Notes under the pieces: model-generated
Told to the model about the DNA's origin: nothing
Seen by the model: the letters and a program-made list of their open reading frames with translations, nothing else
The model's database searches: none
Source of the DNA: a virus
IMG/VR virus record: IMGVR_UViG_3300011113_000664
Coordinates: 1 to 64,000 of that record
Strand: one strand, 5' to 3'
DNA: 64,000 nt
Translations under genes and position numbers: made by a program
Shown: positions 37,306-46,773 of the stretch, one piece after another
Position numbering within the stretch: position 1 is the first letter of the stretch
Layout of the letters: every line of letters begins with the position of its first letter

Positions 37306-38130
37306 ATGAAAAATCAAACCCCCTCCTCCGCAGTTACCGCAGGGATGCCTGTAACTGCCTCTGTTTCAACTACTTCAGTTGTTTCTGCACCTAAAAAGGT
37401 GCGGAAAGTTTCAGTCGCTAAATTCGTAAAGCGACTTGACCTTTGCCCGATGACACCAAAGGGCTTTGCCAAAAGGGCAAAGACAATGGGCAAAGTTATC
37501 TCCTTTATCATTACACGGCAGTTTCAGTATGCCGTTGATGGTAACAGAGTTACCGCCAAAGATGCCTCCGATTTCGTTCAGGATGGTATGTTGTCAATCC
37601 TGAATGGCAATCAGGTCGATATGTCTAATTTCACCTATGCAGGTGAGAAAATGACACAAGGGAAATTCTTTTCCCTTTGGCTGAAAGCCTCCTTTCAGCA
37701 GTGTCAGCGCAATGACCAATTCGGTAGAATTACACGGAAGTGTAAGGTTACCGGAAAGCGTGAGGTGGTTGGAAAAATTGCGGTTGGCAGCATTGCCACT
37801 ACCGACAATGAGGGTGCAATTTCTATCTCCAATGAGGTGGAAATCAAAGCACTCAAAAGGGGTGCTTCTGATAGCACTACCTATGCTCCGCTGAAAAAGG
37901 TGGAGCGCAAAATGATTGCGTTCTTCAATGAGGCCACCACCAAAGCCGACAAGCGGTTTTGGGCTAACGGCTTGAAAATGTTGCACATTGAGTGCAGCAA
38001 ACTTCCGGCAAAGGAAGCCTGTAAGCTACATGGCTTTGAGCCATCCGCTTACTATGTGATGAAAAAGCGGATGTTGGCTGATGACCGGATGCAGGTCTTC
38101 AGTAGGCTTCGGGAATTGGGGCAAATCTAA
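37306..38130 (+). CDS. Divergent ECF-type RNA polymerase sigma factor-like protein
   Basis: Start at ATG 37306. Region-2-like AKDASDFVQDGMLSIL and KFFSLWLKASFQQCQRND; region-4 HTH-like LPAKEACKLHGFEPSAYYVMKKRM. Recognised by eye only. Confidence 0.55.
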   Translation: MKNQTPSSAVTAGMPVTASVSTTSVVSAPKKVRKVSVAKFVKRLDLCPMTPKGFAKRAKTMGKVISFIITRQFQYAVDGNRVTAKDASDFVQDGMLSILNGNQVDMSNFTYAGEKMTQGKFFSLWLKASFQQCQRNDQFGRITRKCKVTGKREVVGKIAVGSIATTDNEGAISISNEVEIKALKRGASDSTTYAPLKKVERKMIAFFNEATTKADKRFWANGLKMLHIECSKLPAKEACKLHGFEPSAYYVMKKRMLADDRMQVFSRLRELGQI

Positions 38131-38148
38131 GCCCCGATTGCCGGAAAC

Positions 38149-38175
38149 AAGGGAGCAGAGATGCTCCCTTTTTTT
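38149..38175 (+). terminator. Intrinsic terminator
   Basis: AAGGGAGCA-GAGA-TGCTCCCTT plus T run. Confidence 0.8.
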
Positions 38176-38654
38176 ATGCCCTAATTTGAGCGCAACACAG
38201 CCTACAATCAACGCAGAATTTCCGGTGGTGTTCAGATACCATTTCAACCTTGCGTTTGTTGTAGAGCCTTGCAGATGCCTTAAATCGCATTCATTGTTTT
38301 GTCCTATAAATACTGGGAAAGTACAAATGTAAGATTCGTGTAAGAAAATCTGCAAATAGGTGTTGGAAATGTCAGGGAGACCCCCCTGACATACCCCCCC
38401 TCTGTATCCCCCTATAACACAGCCCACCCACCGGGGGTATAGCTGTGGGGCCTACATGCATGAATCTGCTACAAAAATTAGTTTCCAATCCCAATAAAAT
38501 TTTGTAAAAAAATTTCATTTTCAATGATAGATAAGACAATAAGATTTGCGACACAATTATTTTTATGTAAAATAAAATGTTTACAAAGTGTAAAATAAAA
38601 AAAACTCTGTGGGGTTTTTTATTTAAAAAGAGTAGGGTGGGTATAGAAAAATTT

Positions 38655-38915
38655 TTATAAATTTTTTGATTTAGAATCTTGGTAAGATTGTTTTATTTTT
38701 TCTTTATTTTGTTGGTAGTATGATTTAAGATAATCTTTTCTATTATCATTGACATTTTTATAATAGTTTTTATCAAAGGAGTATTTATCTTTATTATTTT
38801 CTCTAATGATTTTTTGGCAATGTTTACAATAGATTGATAGGTTATCTTTTTTAGATTTATCAATAGTGAAATTAGATTCAATTTTTGATAAGAGGCATTT
38901 ATTACAGATTTTCAT
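38655..38915 (-). CDS. Zinc-finger protein resembling the N-terminus of an HNH endonuclease (possibly truncated)
   Basis: MKICNKC..F..D.....YCKHC; no nuclease domain follows. Confidence 0.55.
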   Translation of the reverse strand: MKICNKCLLSKIESNFTIDKSKKDNLSIYCKHCQKIIRENNKDKYSFDKNYYKNVNDNRKDYLKSYYQQNKEKIKQSYQDSKSKNL

Positions 38916-38929
38916 ATAATATAAAATTG

Positions 38930-39505
38930 TTATAGATATCTACCATACCAAACAGGGAGATTATCTTTATTGTTTATAGTTCTGGGTTTAGAACCTGTAA
39001 TTGTATATTCTATATTTTTAACTTCTGAATAATTTCTCCAACGAATTATTCCAAGAAACCCTTCTAAATCACTATCCCTAGTAGAAGAGAATAGTTCTTC
39101 GCATTTAAATTGAGTTAATGCATCCAATGATTCTTTTCTTTTTAGTTTTGGTAATAAATCCAATCCTTCTAATACAGGTGAACCATTAAGAGGTAGATGA
39201 GCAAGGATGCGTTTTAAATTAAAATTTGGGTTAAGTTTTCTACCAATATATTTTTCATGTTTATCACAATGTTCATCACCTGAACATACCAAGTTTTCTT
39301 CTAAATGTATATCAGATATATTACCATGTGAAATATATTTACCATCTTTTGTTTTTCTTATTCTTTTTGTACATTTTAACACTAGGTGATTATCTTTAAG
39401 ATACCAATCATTTTCTCCTATATCTCCTACACCTTGTGCTAATACGATTAGATAGTTAGGGAGTTTAACTAAGTTATATTTTGCATATTTTCTAGTATAT
39501 ATCAT
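38930..39505 (-). CDS. Hypothetical protein
   Basis: Start reassigned to ATG 39505; ILAHLPLNGSPVLEGLDLLP. Confidence 0.65.
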   Translation of the reverse strand: MIYTRKYAKYNLVKLPNYLIVLAQGVGDIGENDWYLKDNHLVLKCTKRIRKTKDGKYISHGNISDIHLEENLVCSGDEHCDKHEKYIGRKLNPNFNLKRILAHLPLNGSPVLEGLDLLPKLKRKESLDALTQFKCEELFSSTRDSDLEGFLGIIRWRNYSEVKNIEYTITGSKPRTINNKDNLPVWYGRYL

Positions 39506-39515
39506 AGTATATATT

Positions 39516-39758
39516 TTATTTAAGGGGTTTAAAAGTATCGGTAATAATGAAGTAAGATTTTTTAGAATCGGCAATACCAATAATATTATAATTATTATTC
39601 GATAGATAATCAATAGCGATATCTATTATTGAATTAAATTTATAATCAAAGGGGATTGTAATGGAGTGATTAAATCTTTCAGAGAAGAGTTTAATTTTAG
39701 TACCATCAAAATCGGTTGGTCCGATATATTTTATTTTAATAATATGTAGATTTTGCAT
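39516..39758 (-). CDS. Hypothetical protein (KYIGPT..G..IK family)
   Basis: Operon position. Confidence 0.65.
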   Translation of the reverse strand: MQNLHIIKIKYIGPTDFDGTKIKLFSERFNHSITIPFDYKFNSIIDIAIDYLSNNNYNIIGIADSKKSYFIITDTFKPLK

Positions 39759-39764
39759 ATTGTT

Positions 39765-39977
39765 TTAAAATTCAATAACAATTTCGGTTAAGTCTTTAAC
39801 TTTATCAATATCATTAAGTGTCATACAGATTTGAGCATCTAATAATGATGCATCTTTGTATTTTTCAAAATCAACATTTATGTAAGCGCAATTATCGAAT
39901 CTATTTTCAATAGTATTATAGAGATGTAATTCTGCTTTTTTGTTAGCAAAGCCAATGCATTTAAATACTTTTTTCAT
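39765..39977 (-). CDS. Hypothetical protein
   Basis: Paralog of 18089..18361. Confidence 0.65.
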   Translation of the reverse strand: MKKVFKCIGFANKKAELHLYNTIENRFDNCAYINVDFEKYKDASLLDAQICMTLNDIDKVKDLTEIVIEF

Positions 39978-39987
39978 AGAATATATT

Positions 39988-40329
39988 TTAGTTTAAATAA
40001 TCAGCGATTAAATCAGCGATATCAGATAGGTTACCTTCATCAATATGTGCCATTTCAAAGATATGTGTTTTACCGAAGTAATTTCCTTTACCTGTACCAT
40101 TAAATGCTATACCATCTTCATTTTTTGTTACGGAAACAATATAGAATTCAGTAAATAAATTTTTATCCACATAATATGATGCAGTTGGTAGAAAGGCATT
40201 AATTAATGTGGTTTTATCTTTCATATCTAAATCTGAGATAAAGGTAATTGTTTGTCCAACATTCATTGAATCAAAAATGAAATTGTAGGCATTTTTATAA
40301 ACCTGGTTTGTTTGTTCTGAAAAATTCAT
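39988..40329 (-). CDS. Hypothetical protein
   Basis: Paralog of 18922..19254; TATATTTG promoter at 40352-40359. Confidence 0.7.
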   Translation of the reverse strand: MNFSEQTNQVYKNAYNFIFDSMNVGQTITFISDLDMKDKTTLINAFLPTASYYVDKNLFTEFYIVSVTKNEDGIAFNGTGKGNYFGKTHIFEMAHIDEGNLSDIADLIADYLN

Positions 40330-40525
40330 AAATTTTTATTTTTTCTTTCTACAAATATAGAATTTTTTTTTCAAAATTCAAGGGGAAAATTTTGGAATAT
40401 CCAAAAATGACTATAGATGATAAAGGATGATAAAGGATGATAGAAAAAAAAATTATTTTTCTTTTTTGGAGAGCATTGTTAATGGGAGAAAAACAATGAA
40501 TAGAATTAAGATAAAGGTTTCCATA

Positions 40526-42943
40526 CTACTTTTTTAATTTAACGCAGTTAGGGTATTGTTTACCGAACATTGTTTTCATACCTTTTTGTGTATAACCTTT
40601 CCAACATTTTTCATTTAGAATATCTTTATCTTTCCAATATTTTCTCCAATACATTTTAATAACTGGTATATGAGTAAATCCAAGTTCAAGTGAAGCCAAA
40701 AGTCTATGTCTTCCGCTTATTAATGAATATTCATTATAATAATCAGATTTACCTTGTCTCCAAACAACAACAGGTAATATTGGTTTATTTGCTAACATTG
40801 ATTTTTTAAATCCATCAACAATTTTTCTACCTCGTATTCCTTGTTTATCTATCATTTTTTTAATACCATCAATAAGATTTTTATTGGCTATATCAGAAAT
40901 TAACATTATCTCTGGGTTTTTATAATCACCAAATAAATCTTCATTTTCATCATCAGGTCCTAAAAATTGTTGTTTTTCCCCTTGTGCATCATACAATTCA
41001 TCTTCTAAGTTTTCAGGAGAAACATCTGGCTTATAATGGTTTAAATTTTCATTTAATGTTTTTGGATTACATTCATGGCAAGTATAAGGGTCATCACCAC
41101 CATCTTTTAAATACCATTGATGACCACATTTTTTACATGTGATTATTGTATTATCTAATTCTTCTTTTAATTTTTTTGGTTTATAAATTATATCTAATAA
41201 ACTTTTTTCAATTGAGTTAAGAGAATCAGGGGTATAATTATCTGCTTTAAATTTAATTGATTTGGCTATATCATTTAAAAGGTTTAATTTTTTATATACA
41301 TTTAAATCATCCAATGACAATTGATTTTTTTTAAAGAATGGTAATAAGTTTTTATAATGTTTTTCTATTATGTTTTTATAACCATTATCAATTGCATATA
41401 TAACTTCAGGATAAGACATATTAAAGTTTCCACCATTTCTAATTGCAGCTAGTTTATTTTGGATAATTGGTTTAAGATTTTCACCTTTTTTGGAAAGCAT
41501 TGAAAACTCTGTGTCACTTAGATTTTTATTTTCTTTAGATTTTTTAAGTTGCGATAATTTAAGTATATCTACATTATTATTTTTTAAGAAATAGAATAAA
41601 TCAAACTTTGTTTGGTTATTAAGTTTAATATCTGATAAATATATTTTTTTAATTACTTTTATAAAGTTTTCTTTTGATATAGATTTGGAATTCAAATTAT
41701 CAAAATTATTTAATAAGTAAGAAATCATATTAATTTTTTTATAGTTTTTTATAACTTTATATGTCTTTTCATCATATGCATTTACAAAAAATTGTTCAAA
41801 TTTTTCTATAAATAAATCCAAATGATTTTTAAAATTAACTTCTTTACTAGACAATAAGTATAAAATATCATTACATATATTATTTAATACACTTTTATAA
41901 TTTTTTTGTTGTTGTTCATATGGTTCTCCTTTTATATCATAACGAATACGAATTATTTGTTCATCATAATCAAGAGGTAATTTTTTATCTATGTTTGATA
42001 AATTTTTATGTATCATTTCTCTTGAGTTTATTAAAAAGACTTTATCTTTGATACCTAATTTTTCTAAATATTCAATTGGGTTATTAAAGACTGCATCATA
42101 TCTGTCATGGGATGCCGTTACTTCATTTTTATCATTTAAAGTAAATGCAATCATATTTAAATTTGATGGTATATTTCCATTAAAATTAAAAAAGAAATAT
42201 TGATTATTTTCACCATTTTTTGTATAATTATTAAAAGTTTCCGCATCCCCTACAATACACCATGACTTACTTCCTAATTCATAAGATGCGCTATAATCAA
42301 TTATTCTTGCTAAAATCATATTTTTGTTAGCATAAAGTAATTTAATTGCGTACTTATTCATTTTATTGATAGTATTTAATACATTATCAAAATAGAAACC
42401 TATTTTATGATTTTCAATAAAATATTTTAAATCATAATAAAAACTATCTATATCATTATATTTGTCTGTTTTTCTTAAAAATTCTTTTTGGTCAGTACTT
42501 TGAATATTATTTAGAAAATAATCAATATTATCCATAGTACTATTGTTTGGTAAATTATTTAATAATTCTTTGATAAGTGATTTATTAGTTAACTTGTTTG
42601 TTAATTTTTTTACTAAACGATAATTAGACATATTATCAATATCATCTTTTAATTCATTAAGACTATTATATGATGATATTTGTTTTGGTAATGATTTAAT
42701 TAAATCTTTATTATTAAGAATAAATTCTGCTGTTGATTTAAAATCATTAACTGAACGTGATAATCTTACGATTTCCCCTAAGAAACCAATTGAATTATTT
42801 TTCAATAAATAATTTTTAATATCTAAATAATTAGGATTATCTAAAGGTATATTTTTAGAATTAAGTATTTTTTCAGCTAGTTTTACATCTTCACTTAAAA
42901 TACTAAATTCTTCCTTTATAATTCTTTTAATTAGGTGTAACAT
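40526..42943 (-). CDS. Multidomain late protein with IIKEE tag, zinc ribbon, ParB-like domain and C-terminal CWKGY module
   Basis: Start at ATG 42943 (MLHLIKRIIKEEF); SWCI domain; CKKC..CHEC; ISGRHRLLAS; KCWKGY..PNCVK. Confidence 0.75.
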   Translation of the reverse strand: MLHLIKRIIKEEFSILSEDVKLAEKILNSKNIPLDNPNYLDIKNYLLKNNSIGFLGEIVRLSRSVNDFKSTAEFILNNKDLIKSLPKQISSYNSLNELKDDIDNMSNYRLVKKLTNKLTNKSLIKELLNNLPNNSTMDNIDYFLNNIQSTDQKEFLRKTDKYNDIDSFYYDLKYFIENHKIGFYFDNVLNTINKMNKYAIKLLYANKNMILARIIDYSASYELGSKSWCIVGDAETFNNYTKNGENNQYFFFNFNGNIPSNLNMIAFTLNDKNEVTASHDRYDAVFNNPIEYLEKLGIKDKVFLINSREMIHKNLSNIDKKLPLDYDEQIIRIRYDIKGEPYEQQQKNYKSVLNNICNDILYLLSSKEVNFKNHLDLFIEKFEQFFVNAYDEKTYKVIKNYKKINMISYLLNNFDNLNSKSISKENFIKVIKKIYLSDIKLNNQTKFDLFYFLKNNNVDILKLSQLKKSKENKNLSDTEFSMLSKKGENLKPIIQNKLAAIRNGGNFNMSYPEVIYAIDNGYKNIIEKHYKNLLPFFKKNQLSLDDLNVYKKLNLLNDIAKSIKFKADNYTPDSLNSIEKSLLDIIYKPKKLKEELDNTIITCKKCGHQWYLKDGGDDPYTCHECNPKTLNENLNHYKPDVSPENLEDELYDAQGEKQQFLGPDDENEDLFGDYKNPEIMLISDIANKNLIDGIKKMIDKQGIRGRKIVDGFKKSMLANKPILPVVVWRQGKSDYYNEYSLISGRHRLLASLELGFTHIPVIKMYWRKYWKDKDILNEKCWKGYTQKGMKTMFGKQYPNCVKLKK

Positions 42944-42979
42944 TGATATTTTTCTATATATAGAACTCAATGTTTAAAA

Positions 42980-43453
42980 TTACAATTTCATTTTTTTCCA
43001 ATTACCTTTTTGATTTTTGTAAAAGAGTTGGCATTGTGCTTTAGGTATATCGATAAAATCTTCTAGGTAGGTATTAACGCATTTAACATTAACAATGTTA
43101 TCAATGTGTTTATTAATTACTGAGTAGGGTATAAGGAAGAATTCTGTCATTTGGGTATTCCAAACGATATAATAATCTGCTTTTGTATTTTTCTTTCTTA
43201 TGGGGATATGGATTGTATTATAGGATGATTTAATTTTATCAAAATTAATTCTTGTTTCATTTTCAAAGGCTAGTATTTTGTCTGATTTATTATCTTTAAA
43301 TAATAAATCATATTTTTTATAATGTTCCTCATTTATATCACCCATAAGGGAATATCCTTTTTTTTCCATTATGTTTTTCAATTCTAATTTATTAGAATGG
43401 TCATAGGTATCATAAGCTTGTTTATTAAATTTTCTTTTAGGTGAAGAATTCAT
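42980..43453 (-). CDS. Putative PD-(D/E)XK-like nuclease
   Basis: YDLLF...ENETR spacing; weak. Confidence 0.45.
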   Translation of the reverse strand: MNSSPKRKFNKQAYDTYDHSNKLELKNIMEKKGYSLMGDINEEHYKKYDLLFKDNKSDKILAFENETRINFDKIKSSYNTIHIPIRKKNTKADYYIVWNTQMTEFFLIPYSVINKHIDNIVNVKCVNTYLEDFIDIPKAQCQLFYKNQKGNWKKMKL

Positions 43454-43758
43454 TTCTTATGATTATTTGTGATATATTCATGCAATGATTCTAAATCTTG
43501 GCATATAAGATTTTTGTTTTCATCCCATGCCTCTAGCTTTCTTTTTCCGTAATCTGTTTCAAAGATAAACCAATTAATCCAATCAACACCTTGCTCTGTA
43601 TAATGGGATGAGAATGTTATATCAATAATTTTATCAACATCAGATATTAGTTGATATTTACCTTCATAAAAATCAAACCCCATATCATGCAATTCAGCTA
43701 TTTTATCTGAGAATGATTTAAACTTTTCTAGTAGGCTTTGAAACTCGTTTAGTTGCAT
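43450..43758 (-). CDS. Hypothetical protein
   Basis: Start reassigned to ATG 43758; DWINWFIFETDYG. Confidence 0.7.
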   Translation of the reverse strand: MQLNEFQSLLEKFKSFSDKIAELHDMGFDFYEGKYQLISDVDKIIDITFSSHYTEQGVDWINWFIFETDYGKRKLEAWDENKNLICQDLESLHEYITNNHKK

Positions 43759-43918
43759 TTTTTCTTTCGTATCTTTTTTTAGCTTGTTTTTTAAAATTTG
43801 TTTTTGAATTGAATCTTTTATCATACATTTCAATAACGAATTTAATAATTAAAATTCCTGAAATTAATAAGATAATTGATATTACTATTAGAAAAAAAAG
43901 AAATAGGTATGTATTCAT
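43718..43918 (-). CDS. Small membrane protein
   Basis: N-terminal hydrophobic helix, basic tail. Confidence 0.5.
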   Translation of the reverse strand: MNTYLFLFFLIVISIILLISGILIIKFVIEMYDKRFNSKTNFKKQAKKRYERKNATKRVSKPTRKV

Positions 43919-43999
43919 TTTTTATTTTTAATTAAATCGTAAAATAAAAGATATGATATAATAGATAATACGAATATAGTTAATAGTATTAAATATGAT

Positions 44000-44818
44000 T
44001 TAATCAATAGAGCCATTTAGTTTTAATGCTCTAGCCATTCTTGTCATTCCTATACCACCACCAAATCTTTCAAAGAAATCATGAGAGAAGAAATCTTCCA
44101 ATTCTTTTTCTACTCTATCTTTACCGAAGAGTTCAAATAATTTTTGTGAGTATGCTCCACCTTCAATAGTATAGAACATTTCTCTCATTTTTTCAACATC
44201 ACAGCTTCTTTCGGCAGAGCCAATGGTTTCTTGACCATAAAGGATAACATCAACTTTATTAAAGATACCATTATCGTTATGTTGCATATTCCAAAATGGG
44301 TTTGTTCTTAAAGGAAAGTTTTGTAAAGATACAACAGGACCTTTTTCTTCCCACATTCTTGTTTCATGTTCGTTTTCAAGAATTTCAACTCCACCATATT
44401 CTTGACAAACATCATCATAGTTTACTTCGATTGGTTTATCAAATCCAAGATGCTCTAGTAGTTCAGCTTCAAGTTGAAGCATATCTTTCATTGTGCCTTT
44501 GCTTTCAAATTCAAACATAGGGAAGATAAGTTCATGTCTACCTTGAATTGGATTTTTTTCTTGCCTATATGAAGTTGATACGCAAAAACATCCTTCCCAA
44601 GATGGATTAGTTAATAATCTTTCTTCCAAAATCATTTGTCCTGTTTGCGGAAGAGGCCAAATTTGATTTACATATTCAAATTGGGTTATTGAGTGAGGGT
44701 TTTCACATGCTGCTAATATTGATAGGCAAGATTGTGTTGGTACTTCAATGAAGTTTTTCTTTTGAAAAAATGTTCTTAGTTTGTTTACCGATTGATGGTA
44801 TTGATATGCGTCTTTCAT
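44000..44818 (-). CDS. Stand-alone class II (Asp/Asn/Lys) aminoacyl-tRNA synthetase catalytic-domain homolog
   Basis: Motif 1 FIEVPT, motif 2 YRQE..GRH..F.MFEFE, ETIGSAER, motif 3 GGGIGMTR; no anticodon-binding domain. Confidence 0.8.
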   Translation of the reverse strand: MKDAYQYHQSVNKLRTFFQKKNFIEVPTQSCLSILAACENPHSITQFEYVNQIWPLPQTGQMILEERLLTNPSWEGCFCVSTSYRQEKNPIQGRHELIFPMFEFESKGTMKDMLQLEAELLEHLGFDKPIEVNYDDVCQEYGGVEILENEHETRMWEEKGPVVSLQNFPLRTNPFWNMQHNDNGIFNKVDVILYGQETIGSAERSCDVEKMREMFYTIEGGAYSQKLFELFGKDRVEKELEDFFSHDFFERFGGGIGMTRMARALKLNGSID

Positions 44819-44824
44819 ATTTTT

Positions 44825-45640
44825 TTAATTAAGTTTTTTAATAGAGATTAATTGGAAATTTTTTGATTTTCCTTTATTTATTATTGATTCGTAACTGACA
44901 CGATTTGGTCCTGTCAGATTGTTTTCTTTGTTAAATATATCAGTAAAAATTTTTAATTCTGTTCTTCCATTAAAAAATAAAATTTCTTTATCTTTTTTTA
45001 TTTCATAAATTTTAGAATTAGAATTATTTATACCTTGTCTTTTATTAGACATTTTTAATTTACTTTCCTCTGTATGTTTTCTAGCACCATAAATTTTATT
45101 TCTATATTTAATTGATTCACTAATTTTTCTTTTAGTTTCTTCATCTCTAGAAATTCCTTTACCATAACCTTCATGACCAATCAAAGATTCACTTAATTTC
45201 TTTCTATAGTCTTCTGATTTCATAGTTTGTTTCCATTGTTCATTTTCTAATAATGATTTGGAAATTTTACTTTTTGTTTCTTCTTTGTGTTTATAACCTG
45301 ATTGACCTTCACCACCATCGCTATGGTTTAAAAGTGTACCACCATTTTCAACTCTACCGATTAATTTAATTATATCTTTTTCCTCTTGAAAAGATTGCTC
45401 TTCTAATAAATCTTTTTTTAATATTTGATATAATGGTTTATATCCTTGATTTATAATTGAATTTAATTTTTGGTAAAATCTATTATCAAGTTTTTTGTAT
45501 AAACTAAGATGCCTTTTTGGTCTATCTGATTTACCTTTACCAACATAAATGGGTTCATATTCAAATGTTAAATTATTAAATATATAATTACCTTTTTTTC
45601 TTGGGTCTAGGTAAATATATACACAATAATTAGATAACAT
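44825..45640 (-). CDS. GIY-YIG homing endonuclease with NUMOD3 repeats
   Basis: VYIY..IYVGKG..R..H; LLNHSDGGEG; HKEETKSKIS repeats. Confidence 0.85.
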   Translation of the reverse strand: MLSNYCVYIYLDPRKKGNYIFNNLTFEYEPIYVGKGKSDRPKRHLSLYKKLDNRFYQKLNSIINQGYKPLYQILKKDLLEEQSFQEEKDIIKLIGRVENGGTLLNHSDGGEGQSGYKHKEETKSKISKSLLENEQWKQTMKSEDYRKKLSESLIGHEGYGKGISRDEETKRKISESIKYRNKIYGARKHTEESKLKMSNKRQGINNSNSKIYEIKKDKEILFFNGRTELKIFTDIFNKENNLTGPNRVSYESIINKGKSKNFQLISIKKLN

Positions 45641-45787
45641 TTAATTTTATATTATTTTGTTATATGTAAATAGAGATTTATTAAGGTTATCAAAAAATTT
45701 ACTATGGAAAAAATCAATAGTACATTATCTTTCTTTAAGGTTTTGTATTCACCCTTATAAATATTCCAATTATATTCAAACCAAAAA

Positions 45788-46369
45788 CTATTCTTCATCT
45801 TCTTCCTCTTCTTCGCTATGATATTCGTTCCAAATTTCCATTACTTTATCCATATCCACCTTATCGGTTAGATTGTTTTCTTCTAAGAATTCATCAAGGT
45901 CATCAAGATATTCTGCACTATATGCAAATTCATCATAGAAGTTACCTTGTTTGAATTGCCATTCCCAATAAGTGTATTCATCATCAAGAGTACATACACC
46001 ATCAGCACCATATTCTTGCTCACCTGCAAAGTTCATTCCTTGTTCATCATAGGTAATTCTTGAACTTACTTTATATACATGACTAATAATACCTGTAAGT
46101 TCAGTAACAGGAGTCCAAGCTGAATCTCCTTGAATGATTAGTTGATTATCATCAATAAAAGGTTCTTCAGGAGTAAACCATTTTGGGTGTTCATCTCTAA
46201 AGTCATAGTCCTCATAACTTTCAATGAAAATTGGTTCATTAGCAAAAAGGTCTTTATAGTTTTCATAGTTAAGACCTGTCTCTAGTAAAGACATAAATAC
46301 ATCCTTAATTTTATTAAGGGTTTCGATATCACCTTCAAGTGTGATAATGTTGTAACAGTTATTTGCCAT
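45788..46369 (-). CDS. YubB/DUF1281-like ferredoxin-fold protein
   Basis: MANNCYN, SAWTP, YDEQGMNFAG. Confidence 0.65.
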   Translation of the reverse strand: MANNCYNIITLEGDIETLNKIKDVFMSLLETGLNYENYKDLFANEPIFIESYEDYDFRDEHPKWFTPEEPFIDDNQLIIQGDSAWTPVTELTGIISHVYKVSSRITYDEQGMNFAGEQEYGADGVCTLDDEYTYWEWQFKQGNFYDEFAYSAEYLDDLDEFLEENNLTDKVDMDKVMEIWNEYHSEEEEEDEE

Positions 46370-46473
46370 TTTTAATTATAAATTTATTATGTTCTTCTAT
46401 TGTTAAGTATTGCGTATCTCCATTATCAACTTGGATTAAAACACCTATGATTTGTCCTTTTTCTTTAATTAAA

Positions 46474-46773
46474 TTAATTATTTGACAATCCATAATCTAG
46501 CATTTCTAGAATTTTATTTTTTGATTGATTCCCTGTCAATCTTTTATATTCTTTTCCTTCTTTAAAGGAAATAATTGTTGGTACTGACCTAATACCATAT
46601 TCAATACATAATTCAGGTTCAGAATCAGCATCAACTTTATAAACATCAACTTCAGTAATTGTTTCAAGAGTTGGTGTTAACATTTTACATGGACCACACC
46701 ATGAAGTGCTAAAACTAACTATGCAATCTTGATTAATTAAATTTTTAAATTCTTCGGAATTAACAATTTTCAT
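46474..46773 (-). CDS. trxA: Thioredoxin
   Basis: WCGPC; IRSVPT. Confidence 0.92.
   Translation of the reverse strand: MKIVNSEEFKNLINQDCIVSFSTSWCGPCKMLTPTLETITEVDVYKVDADSEPELCIEYGIRSVPTIISFKEGKEYKRLTGNQSKNKILEMLDYGLSNN

Noticed and set aside
40417-40442. GATGATAAAG tandem repeat
   Set aside because: Only about 2.5 copies with no further structure; probably slippage.
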